Both the position numbers and the translations under genes were made by a program. Positions 60,554 to 64,000 of a DNA stretch of 64,000 nucleotides are shown in pieces. The stretch spans positions 62,001-126,000 of the forward strand of contig JAHLTZ010000042.1 in the NCBI GenBank assembly GCA_025786725.1, written 5' to 3'. The notes under the pieces were generated by a model. The model was not told where the DNA came from and made no database searches. It was given only the letters and a program-made list of their open reading frames with translations. Source of the DNA: Syncephalis fuscata S228. Taxonomy: Eukaryota; Fungi; Zoopagomycota. Positions within the stretch are counted from its first letter, which is position 1, and each line of letters starts with the position of its first letter.

Positions 60554-61204
60554 TACAATCTATAAATATGAGACATGTACTGTAGAGTATTGCAGTCGAC
60601 AATAATACAACTGCAATTCATATTGGTATAACTTATTTATTCACATTTTATTTCGTTTATTAAATACCAATACGCATCAAATGACATTTAATAATACAGT
60701 TGATTTATAATTCTGTCAAGCTAAAAAATTATTTAAATTACAACTATAGCTATGACGCTATTCTGCTATTGAAAACAATGCATTGGTTTAATAAATATAA
60801 ACTGTTTAGAACTAATATATCAGTGTTGAACAGTATTTGCTATTTATTTATTCATAGTTTTACTAACAATTAGATAAATCAAGCCAGTCGATTAAATACG
60901 CAATGATTATAGTCATTTAAAGTAGAGTATGGTGGTGTGTGTGAAAGACATTTACAATAGTCAGCCGTTTTAGCATTAGTACAGTACAATTCTATGGAGC
61001 GCTCATGCTTTTGATTAGCCCCATAATAAATACATCCGTACCAAAACTGGTTTATGCACAAGCATGCAAAGGAGTATGGTGAATTAAACACTGAGAATCA
61101 CACGGTACGAAAAAGTCAACACTTATCATTGCGTTCTTTTTAATTCTGATACCATTCTTAATTACTTAATATTTTTGCAAGCGTGTGTTTTAATATATAT
61201 AACC

Positions 61205-62179
61205 ATGAGATATAAAAGTCACACAGGAGAGTTGAATGGATATCAGTTTATTATGGAAGCATACCATGACAAAGCTCTTTTTCAACGACGCTTTGTAGCT
61301 GTTAACTTTCAAGTATTTCTTATTATCACAGTAGCATTATTGTTTATACGCAATTTTTATCGAGCTATTTGCGCATTAATGATGCATCCATACAGAATTG
61401 CATCATGGTGCTGTATTGTAATGACATTTGTTGGTGTATTAACGTTTATAACTCCAATGCTATTCGAATCGTCATTTGGCCCAACGTGTTCGACATCTGT
61501 AATACAAATCGCAATTGGTCTTACGATATCCACGATAGCCACAAACATCATATTGTTTGAGCGGGCCTATCTTGCACATCAGCGTAATCGATGGCTACTG
61601 GTTATTGGTCTAGTTGCAATTGTAGTGCCTCCTCCATTATATGTAGTTTCCATGTGGTTTTTAGCTATACCATATATATCAGACTATGTTGGCTGCTATA
61701 CGCAAAATGATTATTGGCTTCCATACATCCGACTTACTATTGATTTACCACCAAATATTATTTTTTCTGTAGTATTTTTACTAGTGGTTTATCGACGATA
61801 TACTACATATCACGAAGGATGCTGGAGAGAGCTGGCACGTGATGGAATTATTACTATGTTGTTGGTTGTTTTTTCCAACATGGTATGCTTTATCTTCAAC
61901 ATATCAAATATTTTAAAGGAATTTGGTAATATGCTTTATGTCACGGATTGGTAGGTTAAAAACATAACACTGGCGTATCATTGACTTACATAAACTATAA
62001 GGTTGATTACATCCACGCTGCTCGTAGAGAATCAATACCGAATTAGCACTTCTGCTCATACAAAAAAGGCTGAGAAAAGCAGTGTAAGATTTACTACACG
62101 GGGATATGCCAACTCTATAGAAAGCGGGATGCAAACTGAGATTAGCCATTTTCCATCACAACTCATAACCAAAGGATGA
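61205..62179 (+). CDS. Orphan 7-TM GPCR-like protein, tandem copy B (2 exons)
   Basis: Seven hydrophobic segments, Cys before TM3, LFERAY after TM3 and Cys in the loop after TM4. Intron 61951-62001. Confidence 0.8.
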
Positions 62180-62644
62180 TTTGATACAGAAATTTATGCA
62201 AACTATATAATCTAGGTCGTTTTTATTATCCATAGCACTATTATATAGCGTGTAACTATTAGCAACTGATTAGTATTGTCTATCCATCCGACGTACGTAT
62301 GTGACTCTAATTAAGTAAACAAAACAAAGCCTATTGATTTTTCATGCTATTGAAATAATACAATGTACCTGATATTAGTTATCATATAGAATAGAATTCC
62401 TCCTACAATAATATATTGCTGATCGCTTTTAGCCTTGTGTGCAATTGGTATTACTGGTTTATTTCGGGTTTTGGTTAGGTTATGCAAGACGGGATATAGA
62501 TAACCTGTTTGCACACCATCGTGCAGCTTTTTGTGTCTTAAAGCGACTGAAACAAACGAACTACCATTGCTCCCTTCCTCTTAATTTTTCGGTTTTTTTA
62601 ATAGCTTTTGTTTATATAGTCCCTTATACACTTATCTTGTAAAA

Positions 62645-63622
62645 ATGCGAAATATAACACCCAAGGGGCAATTAAATGGATATCAGTTTATTATGGAGGC
62701 GTACCATGACAAAGCTCTTTTTCGGAAACGCTTTATGGCCATTCATTTCCAGTTATTTCTTGTTGCCATAATGGTATTGCTATCTATACGCAACTCTTAT
62801 CGAGCTATTCGCGCTCTGATTATATATCCGCACAGAATTGCATCGTGGTGCTGTATTGTAATGACATTCACTGGCGTGGCGTCGCTTATAACCCCAATGT
62901 TTTTCGAATCGCCATTTGGCCCAGAATGTTCAACAGCCGCATTGCAAATCATAGTTGGTCTTGCAATATCCACAGCAGCCACAAACATCATATTGTTTGA
63001 GCGGGCCTATCTTGCACATCAGCGTAATCGATGGTTGCTGATTATTGGTCTAATTTCAATTGCGTTGCCTGGCCCAATATATATAACTGCTATGTGGTTT
63101 TTATCTACTCCGCATATATCAGACTATGTTGGCTGCTATACACAAAATGATTATTGGATTCCATACATCCGACTTACTATTGATTTACCGTCAAATATTA
63201 TTTTTTCCATAGCGTTTTTCTTGGTGGTTTATCGACGATATACTACATATCATGAAGGAGTATGGAAAGAGTTGGGACGCGATGGAATTATTACTATGTT
63301 GTTGGTTATTTTTTCCAACATGGTATGCTTCATCTTCAACATATCAAATATTTTTAAAGAGTTCGGTCCTATGCTTTATATCGCTGACTGGTAGGTTAAA
63401 AACATAACACTGGCGTATCATTGACTTACATAAACTATAAGGTTGATTACATCCACGCTGCTCGTAGAGAATCAATACCGAATTAGCACTTCTACTCATA
63501 CAAAAAAGGCTGAGAAAAGCAGTGTAAGATTTACTACACGGGGATATGTCAACTCTATAGAAAGCGGGATGCAAACTGAAATTAGTCATTTTCCATCACA
63601 ACTCATAACCAAGATGATTTAA
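62645..63622 (+). CDS. Orphan 7-TM GPCR-like protein, tandem copy C (2 exons)
   Basis: Paralogue of copy B at a 1440-bp period. Intron 63391-63441. Confidence 0.8.
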
Positions 63623-64000
63623 TACAGAGATTTATGCAAACTATATAATCTAGGTCGTTTTTTATTACCGATGACATTGGTGAATACCGCTGCTCCATTA
63701 ATACCTGGTTGTTGTTGTTATTACATTTTATATTCACCTATCTAATTTTACTACAGAGGCAGCTAATATTTATTATATTCTAATAGTGTAGCTACTGCAC
63801 AGTTGCCATAAATTTAATAAACATTTTTATAATTGAAAAGCACGTATCACAGAACAAGAAACACTGTTTAAATTAGCGGTGCATACAGGTATTGGAGTTC
63901 ACACGGTATAGCTAAATGAATTCTATTAATGCACATGCATTTGATATGCATACGTGATATTAATTAAATAAACAAAATAAAGCTTGCTAGTTTCACCATG

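Overview
Eukaryotic, AT-rich, gene-dense genomic DNA with many short (about 45-120 nt) spliceosomal introns. Gene content and style point to an early-diverging fungus, probably Zoopagomycota and Syncephalis-like (inference only). About 24 protein-coding genes are recognisable. The housekeeping genes are NRDE2, complex I 9.5-kDa subunit, NUP43, a bacterial-type mitochondrial AlaRS, Rab6/YPT6, GUP1, a CDC11-type septin, PTPA, ARV1, RPN2, mitochondrial AspRS, MRI1, XRN2/RAT1, COX9, SNU114, PBS2, RAD23, TOM5 and coilin. Accessory islands with long AT-rich spacers interrupt them. Main highlights: (1) a ~3-kb inverted repeat whose arms each carry a secreted M28 peptidase gene; it brackets a 13.5-kb six-gene block, and the arms are near-identical except for a hypervariable PA-domain patch. 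(2) A signal-peptide-bearing prolyl oligopeptidase homologue that has lost the whole catalytic triad plus the oxyanion Tyr. (3) A probable U12-type AT-AC intron in NRDE2 and four GC-AG introns. (4) A tandem array of orphan 7TM receptors with class-A GPCR-like signatures. Many genes, including essential ones, show single-base deletions in short homopolymers, almost certainly assembly errors. No tRNA, rRNA, CRISPR array or transposase was recognised. CDS coordinates span start to stop including introns and were read by eye.
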